Notes: generated by a model from the letters alone, not told the origin. A stretch of 64,000 nt of DNA from Reyranella sp. (GCF_965229815.1 NZ_CBDDJN010000002.1:1741562-1805561), one strand, 5' to 3'. Shown: positions 45,009-55,616, numbered from the stretch's first letter. A program made the numbers and translations.

Positions 45009-45647
45009 CTAGCTCGAGCTCGGCGGATACTTCAGCGAGCAGCCGTAGGGCCGGGTCGAGGACTCGGCGATCGGCTTGCCGGCCAGCAGCTCGTCCAGGC
45101 CGACGCGCACATACTGCTTGGCCTTGGGAACGTCGGCGACGTTCGACGACGGGATCGAATCGATGCCGCCCTTGTACACGAGCACGCCGTTGGCATCGAT
45201 GATGTACATGTGCGGCGTCACCGTCGCGCCGTAGGCGCGGGCGATCTTGCTCTGGGGGTCGAGCAGCACCGCGGCCGGCGCCGCGTCGCGCGTCTTGGTG
45301 AGATCGTTGGCCTGCGCGGCGGTGACGTGGCCCTGCTCGCCGGTCGCCGACGACGCCGAGGTCAGCCAGACCACGCCCTTGGCCGCGGCCTCGCGCTGCT
45401 GCGTCTGCATGTTCTTCGAGGTGTAGTGCTTGCGGACGTACGGGCAGTCGTGGTTCGTCGTCTCGATCACGACGACCTTGCCCTTGAGGTCGGCGAGCGA
45501 CCAGGTCTTGCCGTTGCTGTCGACGGCGGTGAAGTTCGGCGCCGGCTTGCCGAGATCGGGGCTGGCGGCGAAGGCGGCGGCTGGCACGAGTGCCGCGGCG
45601 GCGGTGCCGAGAACGAGGGTACGGCGGGGAATGACCAGCTTGGACAT
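45009..45647 (-). CDS. Exported thioredoxin-fold redoxin / peroxiredoxin-like protein (PprX-like)
   Basis: Tat-like RRTLVLG; NHDCPYV, YGATVTPHMY, YKGGID and YGCSLKY. Confidence 0.8.
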   Translation of the reverse strand: MSKLVIPRRTLVLGTAAAALVPAAAFAASPDLGKPAPNFTAVDSNGKTWSLADLKGKVVVIETTNHDCPYVRKHYTSKNMQTQQREAAAKGVVWLTSASSATGEQGHVTAAQANDLTKTRDAAPAAVLLDPQSKIARAYGATVTPHMYIIDANGVLVYKGGIDSIPSSNVADVPKAKQYVRVGLDELLAGKPIAESSTRPYGCSLKYPPSSS

Positions 45648-45656
45648 GTTGCCCTC

Positions 45657-47807
45657 CTAACGCTTGGCCGGCGGGATCGCGGCCAGTTCCGAAAGCATGA
45701 GAGATTCGGTGAGCACCTGCGGCAGGATCTTCGGCCGGTCGGCACCCGGGACCCAGAGAAGATAAAGGGGAACGCCGGCGCGGCCCAGTTCCCTCAACGA
45801 AGATGTGATCTCGGGATCGCGATTGGTCCAGTCGCCCTTGAGTTTCACGACGCCGGCCTGTTCAAAGGCGCGGCGCACCGCCGGCGTCTCGAGCGCGACA
45901 CGCTCGTTGACCAGGCAGGTGATGCACCAGGCGGCGGTGAAGTCGACGAACACCGGCTTGCCGGCAGCGACATCCTGCTCGAGCCGCTGGCGCGAGAAGC
46001 GCTCCCAGCCCTCGAAGCTGACGCCGCCCGTGCTGCCGGTGGCGGAGGCCGCGGTCGCCGGCGCGTCGTCGATCTTGAGCGTGGCGGCGAAGGCCAGCAG
46101 GACCGCGGCGGCGGCCAGGGCGCGGCGGAGCCAGGCGCCGACCGACACGCCGCCCTCGCCGAGCCGGCCGAGCCGCAGCAGCCAGATCGCGAAGGCGATC
46201 AGGATCATGCCGCCCAGGGCATAGACCACGCCGTCGGCGCCGGTCTGCTGGGTCAGCACCCAGACCATCCAGACCGCCGAGGCGTACATCGGGAAGGCGA
46301 GGAACTGGCGCAGCCGGTCCATCCAGGGCCCCGGCCGGGGCAGCAGCCGCTGCAGGGCGGGCGTGAAGGACAGGACGAGATAGGGCAGGGCAAGCCCCAG
46401 GCCCAGCGCCAGCAGGACGGCGACGGTCTGCGGCGCCGGCTGGGTAAGCGCATAGCCGAGTGCGGCGGCCATGAAGGGGACGGTGCAGGGCGTCGCCACG
46501 ATGACCGCCAGCACGCCGGTGAAGAAGGCTCCGGTGACGCCGCCGCGCGCCGCCAGTCCCTGGCCCACGCCGACGAAGCGGCCGCCGACCTCGAACATGC
46601 CGGACAGGTTGAGGCCGACCACGAAGAAGAGATAGGCGACCAGCAGGGAGAAGACCGGCGACTGGAACTGGAAGCCCCAGGTGACCTCGCCGACGCTGCT
46701 GCGGATGGCGATGACCGTGGCCGCCATGGCTGCGAACGACACCAGGATGCCGGCCGTGTAGGCGATCCCGTCGCGCCGCGTCTCGTAGAGCGCGTGGCCG
46801 GCGAGGCGGGCAAAGGCGGCGGCCTTCATGGCGAGCACCGGAAAGACGCAGGGCATCAGGTTCAGGATCAGCCCGCCCAGCAGGGCGAAGAATAGGGCCT
46901 CGACCAGCGACAGGCTCGCCTCGCTGACCGCGGCGAGCGGGCGCATCGATGCGACGGCGGGATCGAGCCGGGCCGACACGTCGAACGCCTGGTGGACGTC
47001 GCCGCCGGCCGTCTTCTCGGTCAGGACCAGCGTGCCGGTGAGCTGCGCCGGCGGCGCGCCCTTGGCGTCGCCATGCTTCAGCGGGATGTGGATGCCGTCG
47101 GGGCCGATCGTGGCCTTCTGGCGCACCATGGCGGCGACCTGGCCCCATTCGGCGGGGAAGAAGTAGATGTCGGCGATCGTGTCGGCCTTCAGTCCCTTGG
47201 CCTCGACCAGCAGTGTCGGATCGCCCGACTTGGTGACGCCGTAGCGCGCTGGCCAGGGGCTGGCGACGGGCACCGCCTGGCGCGCCTTGTCGAACACGGC
47301 CCGCACCGGGGGCGCCGCCGGCGCGCCGGTCGCCGACACCGGCAGGTCGAGGGCGAAGCTGCCCTCCTCGGGAATGCAGACATCCTCGCAGACCAGCCAG
47401 TTGGCGGTGGCCGCGAGCTTGAACGTGCCGGCGGCATCGGCCGGCGGCGTGATGCGAACCAGCAGCACGGCCTCGTCCTTGAAGCCGTAGTTGATCACGC
47501 CGCCGATATTGAAGAGGTGGGGCGCCGGCCAGACGATCGGATCGGCCTTGGCGCCGGCCGGCAGGGTCCAGTTGATGTCGGTCGGCAGGCCCGATTCGCC
47601 GGGGTTCTTCCAGTAGGTGTGCCACTTCGGCCGGATGGTCTGGCGCAGGCCGACCCAGAAGGGCTCGCCCGGCTTGACGGCCGACACGTCGGCCAGCAGC
47701 TCGGCCCGGACATTGTCGGTCTGGACGACCGACTGGGCCGCCGCCGACTGGGCCGCCGCCGGCAGGGCCGCGAGCAGCACGAGGAGGAACGCGAGCAGAC
47801 GTCTCAT
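45657..47807 (-). CDS. dsbD: DsbD-family (ScsB-type) membrane electron transporter
   Basis: Periplasmic alpha domain WHTYWKNPG and CEDVCIP; TM domain LNLMPCVFP and ATPCTVPF; C-terminal FTAAWCITC. Confidence 0.88.
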   Translation of the reverse strand: MRRLLAFLLVLLAALPAAAQSAAAQSVVQTDNVRAELLADVSAVKPGEPFWVGLRQTIRPKWHTYWKNPGESGLPTDINWTLPAGAKADPIVWPAPHLFNIGGVINYGFKDEAVLLVRITPPADAAGTFKLAATANWLVCEDVCIPEEGSFALDLPVSATGAPAAPPVRAVFDKARQAVPVASPWPARYGVTKSGDPTLLVEAKGLKADTIADIYFFPAEWGQVAAMVRQKATIGPDGIHIPLKHGDAKGAPPAQLTGTLVLTEKTAGGDVHQAFDVSARLDPAVASMRPLAAVSEASLSLVEALFFALLGGLILNLMPCVFPVLAMKAAAFARLAGHALYETRRDGIAYTAGILVSFAAMAATVIAIRSSVGEVTWGFQFQSPVFSLLVAYLFFVVGLNLSGMFEVGGRFVGVGQGLAARGGVTGAFFTGVLAVIVATPCTVPFMAAALGYALTQPAPQTVAVLLALGLGLALPYLVLSFTPALQRLLPRPGPWMDRLRQFLAFPMYASAVWMVWVLTQQTGADGVVYALGGMILIAFAIWLLRLGRLGEGGVSVGAWLRRALAAAAVLLAFAATLKIDDAPATAASATGSTGGVSFEGWERFSRQRLEQDVAAGKPVFVDFTAAWCITCLVNERVALETPAVRRAFEQAGVVKLKGDWTNRDPEITSSLRELGRAGVPLYLLWVPGADRPKILPQVLTESLMLSELAAIPPAKR

Positions 47808-47924
47808 GTCAGCCAGTAAGTGCCGCCGCAACCCGGCCGATGCAAGGCAATCACGTTCACCCCATCGTGATCTTTTGCCCGTGCGATGGCCGCGGTCTAA
47901 GGTCTTGGGGCAACTGGAGAATTC

Positions 47925-49151
47925 ATGCTGCGGCTGAATGACGGGCAACTGCTGGAGAGCCTGGACCGGCTGGCCGGGATCGGCGCCATCGAGGGCGGCG
48001 GCTGCGCGCGGCTCGCGCTCAGCGACGAGGACCGGGCCGGCCGCGACCTGGTGGTCGGCTGGATGAAGGAGCTCGGGCTGCGGCTGCAGGTCGACGCCAT
48101 CGGCAACGTCGTGGGCGTGCGGCCGGGAACCGAGGACCTGCCGCCGGTCATGACCGGCTCCCATATCGACACGGTGCGGACCGGCGGCCGCTACGACGGC
48201 AACTACGGCGTGCTGGCCGGCCTCGAGGTCGTCCGCGCCCTCAACGACGCGGGGGTGAAGACGCGACGGCCGGTCGCCGTCGCCTTCTTCACCAACGAGG
48301 AGGGGGCGCGCTTCCAGCCCGACATGATGGGCAGCCTCGTCTATGCCGGCGGCATGGGCCTGAACGAGGCCTATGCCGCCACCGACAAGGACGGCCGCTC
48401 GGTCGGCGACGAGCTGCGCCGCATCGGCTATCTCGGGCCGGCGCGGCCCGGCGCGATCCGGCCGCATGCCTTCGTCGAGCTCCATATCGAGCAGGGTCCG
48501 ATCCTCGACGAGGAGAAGGTGCGGATCGGCGTCGTCGAGAGCGTGCAGGGCATCTCCTGGACCGAGTATGGCGTGAACGGCGTCTCCAACCACGCCGGGA
48601 CCACGCCCATGCGCCTGCGCCGGGACGCGGGCTATCTCGCCGCCTCCGTCAGTGTCTTCGCCCGCGCGCTGGCCCTCGAGATGGGCGGCGACCAGGTCGC
48701 CACGGTGGGGACGATGGGCTTCCGCCCCAACCTGATCAACGTCGTGCCCAACCGCGCCGTCTTCACCGTCGACCTGCGCAACACCGACGAGGAGAAGCTG
48801 AAGCACGCCGAGGCGCGCGTCGCTGCCCATATCGCCGAAGTCGCGGCGGCGGAGCGCGTCGAGGTCGAGGCCAGGGTGCTCGCCCGCTTCGAGCCGGTGA
48901 TCTTCGATGCCGGTCTGGTCGACCGCGTCGAGCATCATGCGAGGGCGCTGGGGCTCGGCACCCGCCGCATGCCCTCGGGCGCCGGCCACGACGCTCAGAT
49001 GATGCAGCGGCTCTGCCCGACGGCGATGATCTTCGTGCCCTCGGTCGACGGGCTCAGCCACAACGTCAAGGAGCACACCGAGCCGGCCGACCTGGTCGCC
49101 GGCGCCCAGGTGCTGCTGAACCTGATGGTCGAGCTCGCCGGGGAGACGTGA
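47925..49151 (+). CDS. Zn-dependent M20 amidohydrolase (N-carbamoyl-L-amino-acid hydrolase / allantoate amidohydrolase family)
   Basis: GSHIDTV, GRYDGNYG, NEEG.RF, ELHIEQGP, NHAGTTPM, SGAGHDA and SHN..E. Confidence 0.9.
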   Translation: MLRLNDGQLLESLDRLAGIGAIEGGGCARLALSDEDRAGRDLVVGWMKELGLRLQVDAIGNVVGVRPGTEDLPPVMTGSHIDTVRTGGRYDGNYGVLAGLEVVRALNDAGVKTRRPVAVAFFTNEEGARFQPDMMGSLVYAGGMGLNEAYAATDKDGRSVGDELRRIGYLGPARPGAIRPHAFVELHIEQGPILDEEKVRIGVVESVQGISWTEYGVNGVSNHAGTTPMRLRRDAGYLAASVSVFARALALEMGGDQVATVGTMGFRPNLINVVPNRAVFTVDLRNTDEEKLKHAEARVAAHIAEVAAAERVEVEARVLARFEPVIFDAGLVDRVEHHARALGLGTRRMPSGAGHDAQMMQRLCPTAMIFVPSVDGLSHNVKEHTEPADLVAGAQVLLNLMVELAGET

Positions 49152-49152
49152 C

Positions 49153-49992
49153 ATGGCCACCGATCGCACCGCTTCGCGCCGCATCGTCCTGACCGGCGCC
49201 GCCGGCGGCGTCGGCACGATGATCCGCCCGCTGCTGGCGCCGCTCTATCCGGGCCTGGTGCTGAGCGACAAGGCGACGCCGGCCGGGCTGCGCGCGGACG
49301 AGACTTTCGTCGCCGCCGACCTCACGCGTCCCGACGAGGTCGCTGCCGTCGTGGCCGGCGCCGACGCGGTCATCCATCTCGGCGGCTATTCGGTGGAAGG
49401 GCCGTGGGACGCGATCCTGCAGGCCAACATCGTGGGCTGCCACACTCTTTTCGAGGCGGCGCGACAGGCCGGCGTGCGGCGCGTGGTGTTCGCCTCGTCC
49501 AACCACGCGGTCGGCTTCTATCCGCGCGCGCGCACGATCGGGCCCGACGTGACGGTGCGCCCCGACAGCCGCTACGGCGTCAGCAAGGCGTTCGGCGAAG
49601 CGCTGGGCGCCCTCTACGCCGACAAGTACGGCATTTCCGTCACCTGCCTGCGCATCGGCAATGTCGGGCCGCGGCCGCTCGACGTGCGGCGCCTGTCGAT
49701 CTGGGTCTCGCCCGAGGACCTGGTGCAGCTCATCGCCATCGGCCTCGACCATCCCGATATCCGGTACGAGATCCTGTACGGCGCCTCCGACAACGCGGCC
49801 GCCTGGTGGGACAATGCGCGCGCCCGCGCGCTCGGCTACCGGCCGACCGGCCGGGCCGAGGACCATCGCGCCCATGCCGAGGCCGAGCAGGCGCGGATCG
49901 GACCCGACCCGGTGGGCGACCGGTTCCAGGGCGGCTCGTTCTGCTCGGCGGAGTTCGACAACGATGTCGCGCGCGCCGGGCCGGCGGACTGA
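49153..49992 (+). CDS. Uronate dehydrogenase-like NAD-dependent oxidoreductase
   Basis: TGAAGGVG, IHLGG.SVE, VVFASSNHAVGFY and RPDS.YGVSK, closely resembling Udh. Confidence 0.75.
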   Translation: MATDRTASRRIVLTGAAGGVGTMIRPLLAPLYPGLVLSDKATPAGLRADETFVAADLTRPDEVAAVVAGADAVIHLGGYSVEGPWDAILQANIVGCHTLFEAARQAGVRRVVFASSNHAVGFYPRARTIGPDVTVRPDSRYGVSKAFGEALGALYADKYGISVTCLRIGNVGPRPLDVRRLSIWVSPEDLVQLIAIGLDHPDIRYEILYGASDNAAAWWDNARARALGYRPTGRAEDHRAHAEAEQARIGPDPVGDRFQGGSFCSAEFDNDVARAGPAD

Positions 49993-50049
49993 GGCCAAAG
50001 GCGTGGACCTTGCATCCGCGGCGGCGATAATCGCCGCGAAGGAGTGAAG

Positions 50050-50982
50050 ATGACCCGTACCCTCACCGTGGGCGCCGCGCAGATGGGCCCGATCCAGCGC
50101 AGCCATACGCGCCGCGACGTGGTCGAGCGGCTGGTCGCGCATCTGCGCGAAGCGAAGCGCATGGGCTGCGACCTCGTGGTCTTTCCCGAGCTCACGCTGA
50201 CGACGTTCTTTCCGCGCTGGTGGATGACCGACCAGGCCGAGATCGATTCCTTCTTCGAGAGCGAGATGCCGTCCAACGAGACGGCGCCGCTGTTCACCGA
50301 GACGCGGCGTCTCGGCATCGGCTTCTGCCTGGGTTATGCCGAGCTCGTGCGCGAGAACGGCCGCGTGCGCCGCTTCAACACCTCGATCCTGGTCGAGCGC
50401 GACGGCCAGATCGTCGGCAAGTACCGCAAGGTCCATCTGCCCGGCCATGCCGAGCACGAGCCGGAGCGGCCCTTCCAGCATCTCGAGAAGCGCTACTTCG
50501 AGGTCGGCAACCTCGGCTTCCCCGTGTTCAAGGCGTTCGGCGGCAACATGGGCATGTGCATCTGCAACGACCGGCGCTGGCCCGAGACCTATCGCGTGAT
50601 GGGCCTGCAGAACGTCGAGATGGTGATGCTGGGCTACAACACGCCGCTGCACAACGCGCCGTCGCCCGACCACGACGAGCATTCGTGGTTCCACAACCAG
50701 CTCTCGATGCAGGCCGGCGCCTACCAGAACGGAACCTGGGTCGTCGGCGTGGCCAAGGGCGGCACCGAGGAAGACGTGCCGTCGCTGGCCGACAGCATGA
50801 TCGTCGCCCCGTCCGGCAAGGTCGTCGCCCGCGCCGGCTCGGACGGCGACGAGCTGATCGTGCATCGCTGCGATCTCGATGCCGGCCTGAGCTACAAGCG
50901 CACGACCTTCAACTTCGCCGTCCACCGCCAGCCGGACCAGTACCGGATGATCGTGGAGCGCAAGGGCGCGATCGAGCCGTAG
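50050..50982 (+). CDS. N-carbamoyl-D-amino-acid amidohydrolase (nitrilase superfamily)
   Basis: FPELTLTTFFPRW, KYRKVHLPGH, FQHLEKRYF and ICNDRRWPE (Glu-Lys-Cys triad), strongly resembling Agrobacterium DCase as recalled. Confidence 0.9.
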   Translation: MTRTLTVGAAQMGPIQRSHTRRDVVERLVAHLREAKRMGCDLVVFPELTLTTFFPRWWMTDQAEIDSFFESEMPSNETAPLFTETRRLGIGFCLGYAELVRENGRVRRFNTSILVERDGQIVGKYRKVHLPGHAEHEPERPFQHLEKRYFEVGNLGFPVFKAFGGNMGMCICNDRRWPETYRVMGLQNVEMVMLGYNTPLHNAPSPDHDEHSWFHNQLSMQAGAYQNGTWVVGVAKGGTEEDVPSLADSMIVAPSGKVVARAGSDGDELIVHRCDLDAGLSYKRTTFNFAVHRQPDQYRMIVERKGAIEP

Positions 50983-50986
50983 GGCG

Positions 50987-51451
50987 CTACCCGGTGGCCT
51001 TGGTGAACTTCCCGTAGCTGCGCTCGGGCGTGCCGCGGAACAGCGACATGTGCGTGTGGGTGGCGACGAACGGATCGCCGACCTTCTTGCGGCCCAGCGT
51101 GACGGTGGTGCGGCCGGGCCGGTCGAAGCGGTCGCCGTTGGGATGGAAGCCGTCCGATTCCCAGATGCCCATGCCGATGGCCATCAGCCGGTCGGCGGAG
51201 ACGATGGCCTCGATCTTGTCGAGATCGTAGCGGAAGTTGCGGATCGTGCCCCAGACGTTGCGCCACTGCCGCGCCTCGGCGAGGTCGCGACCGGTCATGA
51301 AGTCCGTGAAGGTGCCGAAGGCGATCATGTCCTCGGCGAAGATCGGCCGGGCGGCCTCGTAGTCGACGGCGCGGCAGCACTGCGCCAGCGTGTCGAACCA
51401 GTCGCGGACCGCCTGCATGTCCTCGGGATTGACGGGGCTGAGCAGCTTCAT
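50987..51451 (-). CDS. NTF2/SnoaL-like small protein
   Basis: 154 aa; alpha-helix followed by beta-strands, ending in H.H.S, typical of the DUF4440/SnoaL fold. Confidence 0.7.
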   Translation of the reverse strand: MKLLSPVNPEDMQAVRDWFDTLAQCCRAVDYEAARPIFAEDMIAFGTFTDFMTGRDLAEARQWRNVWGTIRNFRYDLDKIEAIVSADRLMAIGMGIWESDGFHPNGDRFDRPGRTTVTLGRKKVGDPFVATHTHMSLFRGTPERSYGKFTKATG

Positions 51452-51460
51452 CGGGAACTC

Positions 51461-52288
51461 CTATAGGCCGAACCTTTGCCAGTGCAGGCGCTCCTCGAGC
51501 GCCGCCAGCGTCGAGGGGCCGATGCCGTCGATGCCGGTGCCGAGGCGCAGGCGCGACAGCAGACCGCGGCGCGGCGCGATCACCGGCAGGCGGACGCGGG
51601 CACCGAAACGGGCCTGCAGCGTCTCGCGCAGGTCGCCCAGGGAATCGGCCAGGCCCAGCTCGACGCCGCGCCGGCCGGTCCAGAACTCGCCGCTGAACAG
51701 GACGGATTCCTCGGCCTGCAGCCGGCCGGCGCGCCGCTCGCGCACCCAGGCCTTGAAGCCTTCGTGGATCTCGGCCTGAAGCCGCTCCAGCCGCTCGACG
51801 TCGTCGGGCTTTTCCGGCCGGAACGGGTCGAGCATGGCCTTGCGCTCGCCCGACGTGTGGACGCGGCGCTCGACGCCGACCCGGGCCAGCAGGTCCTGGA
51901 AGCCGAAGCCGGCGCTGATCACGCCGATCGAGCCCACGATCGAGCTGGGATCGACGACGATCTCGTCGGCGGCGCAGGCCAGCCAGTAGCCGCCGGAGGC
52001 CGCCACGTCCTCGACGAACGCGATGACTGGCAGTCCCTTCTCGCGCGCGAGCAGGCGGATGCGCTGGCCGATCAGGGCCGACTGGACGGGCGAGCCGCCC
52101 GGGGAGTTGATGGTCAGGGCGACCGCCTTGGCGCCGCGCATCTCGAAGGCGCGCTTGAGCAGCGGTGCCACGGTCTCCATCGACAGGCCGCGGCTGCCCA
52201 GAAGGCCGCTCGAGGCGATGACTCCCGACAGGCGGACAACGGGAACGACGGGTCCGCGACGAAAGCGGTCTCTCAGCCAACCGAACAT
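51461..52288 (-). CDS. S49 family peptidase (SppA/SohB-like)
   Basis: INSPGGSPVQS, DVAASGGYWLACAAD and GSIGV. Confidence 0.92.
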   Translation of the reverse strand: MFGWLRDRFRRGPVVPVVRLSGVIASSGLLGSRGLSMETVAPLLKRAFEMRGAKAVALTINSPGGSPVQSALIGQRIRLLAREKGLPVIAFVEDVAASGGYWLACAADEIVVDPSSIVGSIGVISAGFGFQDLLARVGVERRVHTSGERKAMLDPFRPEKPDDVERLERLQAEIHEGFKAWVRERRAGRLQAEESVLFSGEFWTGRRGVELGLADSLGDLRETLQARFGARVRLPVIAPRRGLLSRLRLGTGIDGIGPSTLAALEERLHWQRFGL

Positions 52289-52313
52289 GGCGCGCACTGT
52301 CGCGGCGGGCCGC

Positions 52314-53039
52314 TCAGAAGGCAAGCGGAGCGGCGTGGCGCAGGATGGCCTCCGCTTCGTCGGTGAAGCCCCCGTCCGGCCGGTGGAGCGTGAGCGGCGC
52401 GACCTCGCGACGTTGCAACACCTCCGACCGGCGGGCCCGCAGCAGCACGCGCGCTGCCGGCGGCAGGCGCTTCACGGCGATGTCGCCCCAGCCCAGCGCG
52501 GCCAGGAGTGCGGTCGCCTCGTCGAGGCGATCGCTGCGATGGACGACGATCAGGTCGCCTGCAGGTTTCAGGGCCTGCACCGCCACCGACAACCAGCGGG
52601 CGAGCGGCGCCGTCGATTCGACGGTCGCCAGCGCCTTGCTGGGGTCGGGCGAGGGGTCGGCGACGGCGGCGGCCAGATAGGGCGGATTGGTCGCGACATG
52701 GTCGAACGATCCGAGCGCCGCGGGCAGGGGGTGCGCGATGTCGTGCTCCACGACGTGCACATGCGCGCTCATGCCGTTCAGTTGGGCATTTTTCGTCGCC
52801 AACGTAGCGAGCTCCGCCTGCATCTCGACGCCCACGATCTCGCACCCCGGCGTGCGTGCGGCGATGCAGAGCCCCACGGCACCGACGCCGGCACCGAGAT
52901 CGAGGATGCGCTGGCCGGGTCGCGAATCGACAGCGGCGGCGAGCAGCACAGCGTCGATGGCGACACGGTAACCGCGCCCGGGTTGCAACAATCTCACACG
53001 GCCGCCCAGCAAGGCGTCTTCGGTCAGCGGGCGTTCCAT
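52314..53039 (-). CDS. tRNA1(Val) A37 N6-methyltransferase-like SAM methylase
   Basis: EDALLGGRV.L.QP..GYRVAID.VLL, LDLGAGVG and NPPY. Confidence 0.82.
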   Translation of the reverse strand: MERPLTEDALLGGRVRLLQPGRGYRVAIDAVLLAAAVDSRPGQRILDLGAGVGAVGLCIAARTPGCEIVGVEMQAELATLATKNAQLNGMSAHVHVVEHDIAHPLPAALGSFDHVATNPPYLAAAVADPSPDPSKALATVESTAPLARWLSVAVQALKPAGDLIVVHRSDRLDEATALLAALGWGDIAVKRLPPAARVLLRARRSEVLQRREVAPLTLHRPDGGFTDEAEAILRHAAPLAF

Positions 53040-53103
53040 GGTAGGGATCATGTCACGACATCGTGTCGCAACAATCAGGCTTCCGCGCAGACTAGTCTCC
53101 GGC

Positions 53104-54123
53104 ATGGCAAAGGTCGTTTCCCTCGAGGGCAAGCGCAAGGCGCCGAGCCTTGAGCCACTGCTGTCGCTCTGCGCCGACGACATGGCACAGGTCGACCGCG
53201 AGATCGTGGCGCGCATGCGCTCGCCAGTCGCCCTGATCCCCGAGTTGGCCAATCACCTGGTGGGCGCGGGCGGCAAGCGCATGCGGCCGCTGCTGACCGT
53301 CGCGTCGGCCCGGCTGTGCGGCTATCCCGGCAGCGACGATCGCCACATCAAGCTCGCGACCTGTGTCGAGTTCATCCATTCGGCGACGCTGCTGCACGAC
53401 GACGTCGTCGACGTGAGCGCGCTGCGGCGCGGCAAGCCGTCGGCCAACGCGCTGTGGGGCGACAAGGCCTCGGTGCTGGTCGGCGACTTCCTGTTCACGC
53501 GTTCGTTCGAGCTGATGGTCGACGTCGGCTCGCTCGACATCCTGGGCGTGCTGTCGCGCGCCTCCTCGACCATCGCCGAGGGCGAGGTGCTGCAGCTGGT
53601 GAGCCAGCGCGACACCAGCACGCCCGAGGCGACCTATCTCGAGGTGATCAAGGCCAAGACCGCCAAACTGTTCGCCGCCGCGGCCGAGGTCGGCGCGATG
53701 GTTGCCGGCCGCCACGGCGCCGAGCGCATCGCGCTCGAGAGCTTCGGCATGAATCTCGGCATCGCCTTCCAGCTCGTCGACGACGCGCTCGACTATGACG
53801 GGCGCGAGGCCCAGCTCGGCAAGACGATCGGCGACGATTTCCGCGAGGGCAAGATTACCCTGCCGGTGATCCTGGCCTTCCTGCGCGGCCGCGCCGTCGA
53901 GCGCGAGTTCTGGAAGCGCGCCATCGAGACGCTGGACCAGCGCGACGGCGATCTCGCGCACGCGCGGATGCTGCTCGACCGTCACGGCGCGATCGCCGAT
54001 ACGCTCGAGCGCGCCCGGCACTACGGCGCCATGGCGCGCGACGCGCTCGGCCTCTTTCCCGACTCGGCGCTGAAAGCCGCGCTGCTGGAAGCCGTCGACT
54101 TCGCCATCGTGCGCGCCAACTAG
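53104..54123 (+). CDS. ispB: Long-chain polyprenyl diphosphate synthase
   Basis: [34 protein letters not shown] and [10 protein letters not shown]. Confidence 0.92.
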   Translation: MAKVVSLEGKRKAPSLEPLLSLCADDMAQVDREIVARMRSPVALIPELANHLVGAGGKRMRPLLTVASARLCGYPGSDDRHIKLATCVEFIHSATLLHDDVVDVSALRRGKPSANALWGDKASVLVGDFLFTRSFELMVDVGSLDILGVLSRASSTIAEGEVLQLVSQRDTSTPEATYLEVIKAKTAKLFAAAAEVGAMVAGRHGAERIALESFGMNLGIAFQLVDDALDYDGREAQLGKTIGDDFREGKITLPVILAFLRGRAVEREFWKRAIETLDQRDGDLAHARMLLDRHGAIADTLERARHYGAMARDALGLFPDSALKAALLEAVDFAIVRAN

Positions 54124-54131
54124 GCGTCGCG

Positions 54132-55616
54132 ATGGCCGCCCGGCACGTCCTTGCGATCGACCAGGGAACCACCAGCACCCGCGCGATCGTGTTCGACGCC
54201 GACGGGCGGCCGGTGGCCTCGGCCCAGAAAGAGCTGCCGCAGATCTTCCCGCGGCCGGGCTGGGTCGAGCACGACCCCGACGAGATCTGGTCGGCGACCG
54301 TGGAGGTCTGCCGCGGCGCGCTGACGAAGGCGAAGCTGGAGGCGAGCGCGCTGGCCGGGATCGGCATCACCAACCAGCGCGAAACGACGGTCGTCTGGGA
54401 CCGCAGCACCGGCAAGCCGATCCACAACGCCATCGTCTGGCAGGACCGCCGCACCGCCGATCGCTGCGAGGCGCTGAAGCGCGCCGGCCACGAGGCGGAG
54501 GTGACGGAGAGGACGGGCCTGATCCTCGACCCCTATTTCGCGGGCACCAAGATTGCCTGGATCCTCGACACCGTGGCGGGCGCCCGGGAGGCCGCGGAGA
54601 AGGGCACGCTGGCCTGCGGCACGATCGAATGCTTCCTGCTGTGGAGGCTGACCGGGGGCAAGGTGCATGCCAGCGACGCGACCAACGCCAGCCGCAGCCT
54701 GCTGCTCGACATCCACAAGGGCGACTGGGATGCCGACCTTCAGAAGCTGATCGGCGTGCCCGCCGCGCTGCTGCCGAAAGTGGTCGACTGCTCGGGCGAG
54801 CTCGGCGTCGCCACGGCCGACATTCTCGGCGCGCCGGTCCCGGTCCTGGGCATGGCGGGCGATCAGCAGGCGGCCACGGTCGGGCAGGCCTGCATCGTGC
54901 CCGGCATGGTCAAGGCGACCTACGGCACCGGATGCTTCGCGCTGCTCAACACCGGCAGCATCGCCATGCGCTCGCACAACCGCCTGCTCACCACCGTCGC
55001 CTACCAGCTCGGCGGCCGGCGCACCTATGCGCTGGAGGGCAGCATCTTCGTCGCCGGCGCCGCCGTGCAATGGCTGCGCGACGGGCTGCGGCTGATCGAG
55101 ACGTCGGCCGACATCGAGCAGGTCGCGAGCGGCGCGCGGCCGGACAACAGCGTCTACATGGTTCCGGCCTTCGTCGGCCTGGGCGCGCCCTACTGGGACG
55201 CCGGCGCCCGCGGCGCCCTGCTCGGCCTGACGCGCGACACCGGCCCGGCCGAGATCGCCGCCGCGACCCTCGATTCGGTCTGCTACCAGACGCGCGACCT
55301 GATCGACGCCATGCGCGGCGACGGCGCGCAGATCGACGAGCTCAGGGTCGATGGCGGCATGGTGGTCAACGATCCGCTGATGCAGCGCCTCGCCGACACG
55401 GTGGCCGTTCCCGTCGAGCGGCCGGTGGTGACCGAGACGACGGCGCTGGGCGCCGCCTTCCTGGCCGGCCTGGCCGCCGGCCTCTGGCCCTCGCTCGACG
55501 CGCTGTCCAAGACCTGGGCGCTCGACCGCGCCTTCAAGCCCGCCGAGGACGCCGCCTCGCGCGATCGCCGCTACGCCGGCTGGCAGGACGCGGTGCGCCG
55601 GGTGCGGAGTTCCTGA
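54132..55616 (+). CDS. glpK: Glycerol kinase
   Basis: [42 protein letters not shown] and ETTALGAA. Confidence 0.96.
   Translation: MAARHVLAIDQGTTSTRAIVFDADGRPVASAQKELPQIFPRPGWVEHDPDEIWSATVEVCRGALTKAKLEASALAGIGITNQRETTVVWDRSTGKPIHNAIVWQDRRTADRCEALKRAGHEAEVTERTGLILDPYFAGTKIAWILDTVAGAREAAEKGTLACGTIECFLLWRLTGGKVHASDATNASRSLLLDIHKGDWDADLQKLIGVPAALLPKVVDCSGELGVATADILGAPVPVLGMAGDQQAATVGQACIVPGMVKATYGTGCFALLNTGSIAMRSHNRLLTTVAYQLGGRRTYALEGSIFVAGAAVQWLRDGLRLIETSADIEQVASGARPDNSVYMVPAFVGLGAPYWDAGARGALLGLTRDTGPAEIAAATLDSVCYQTRDLIDAMRGDGAQIDELRVDGGMVVNDPLMQRLADTVAVPVERPVVTETTALGAAFLAGLAAGLWPSLDALSKTWALDRAFKPAEDAASRDRRYAGWQDAVRRVRSS

Noticed and set aside
47731-47760. 15-bp tandem duplication (AAAQS x2) in dsbD
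   Set aside because: An ordinary linker expansion next to the signal-peptide cleavage site.
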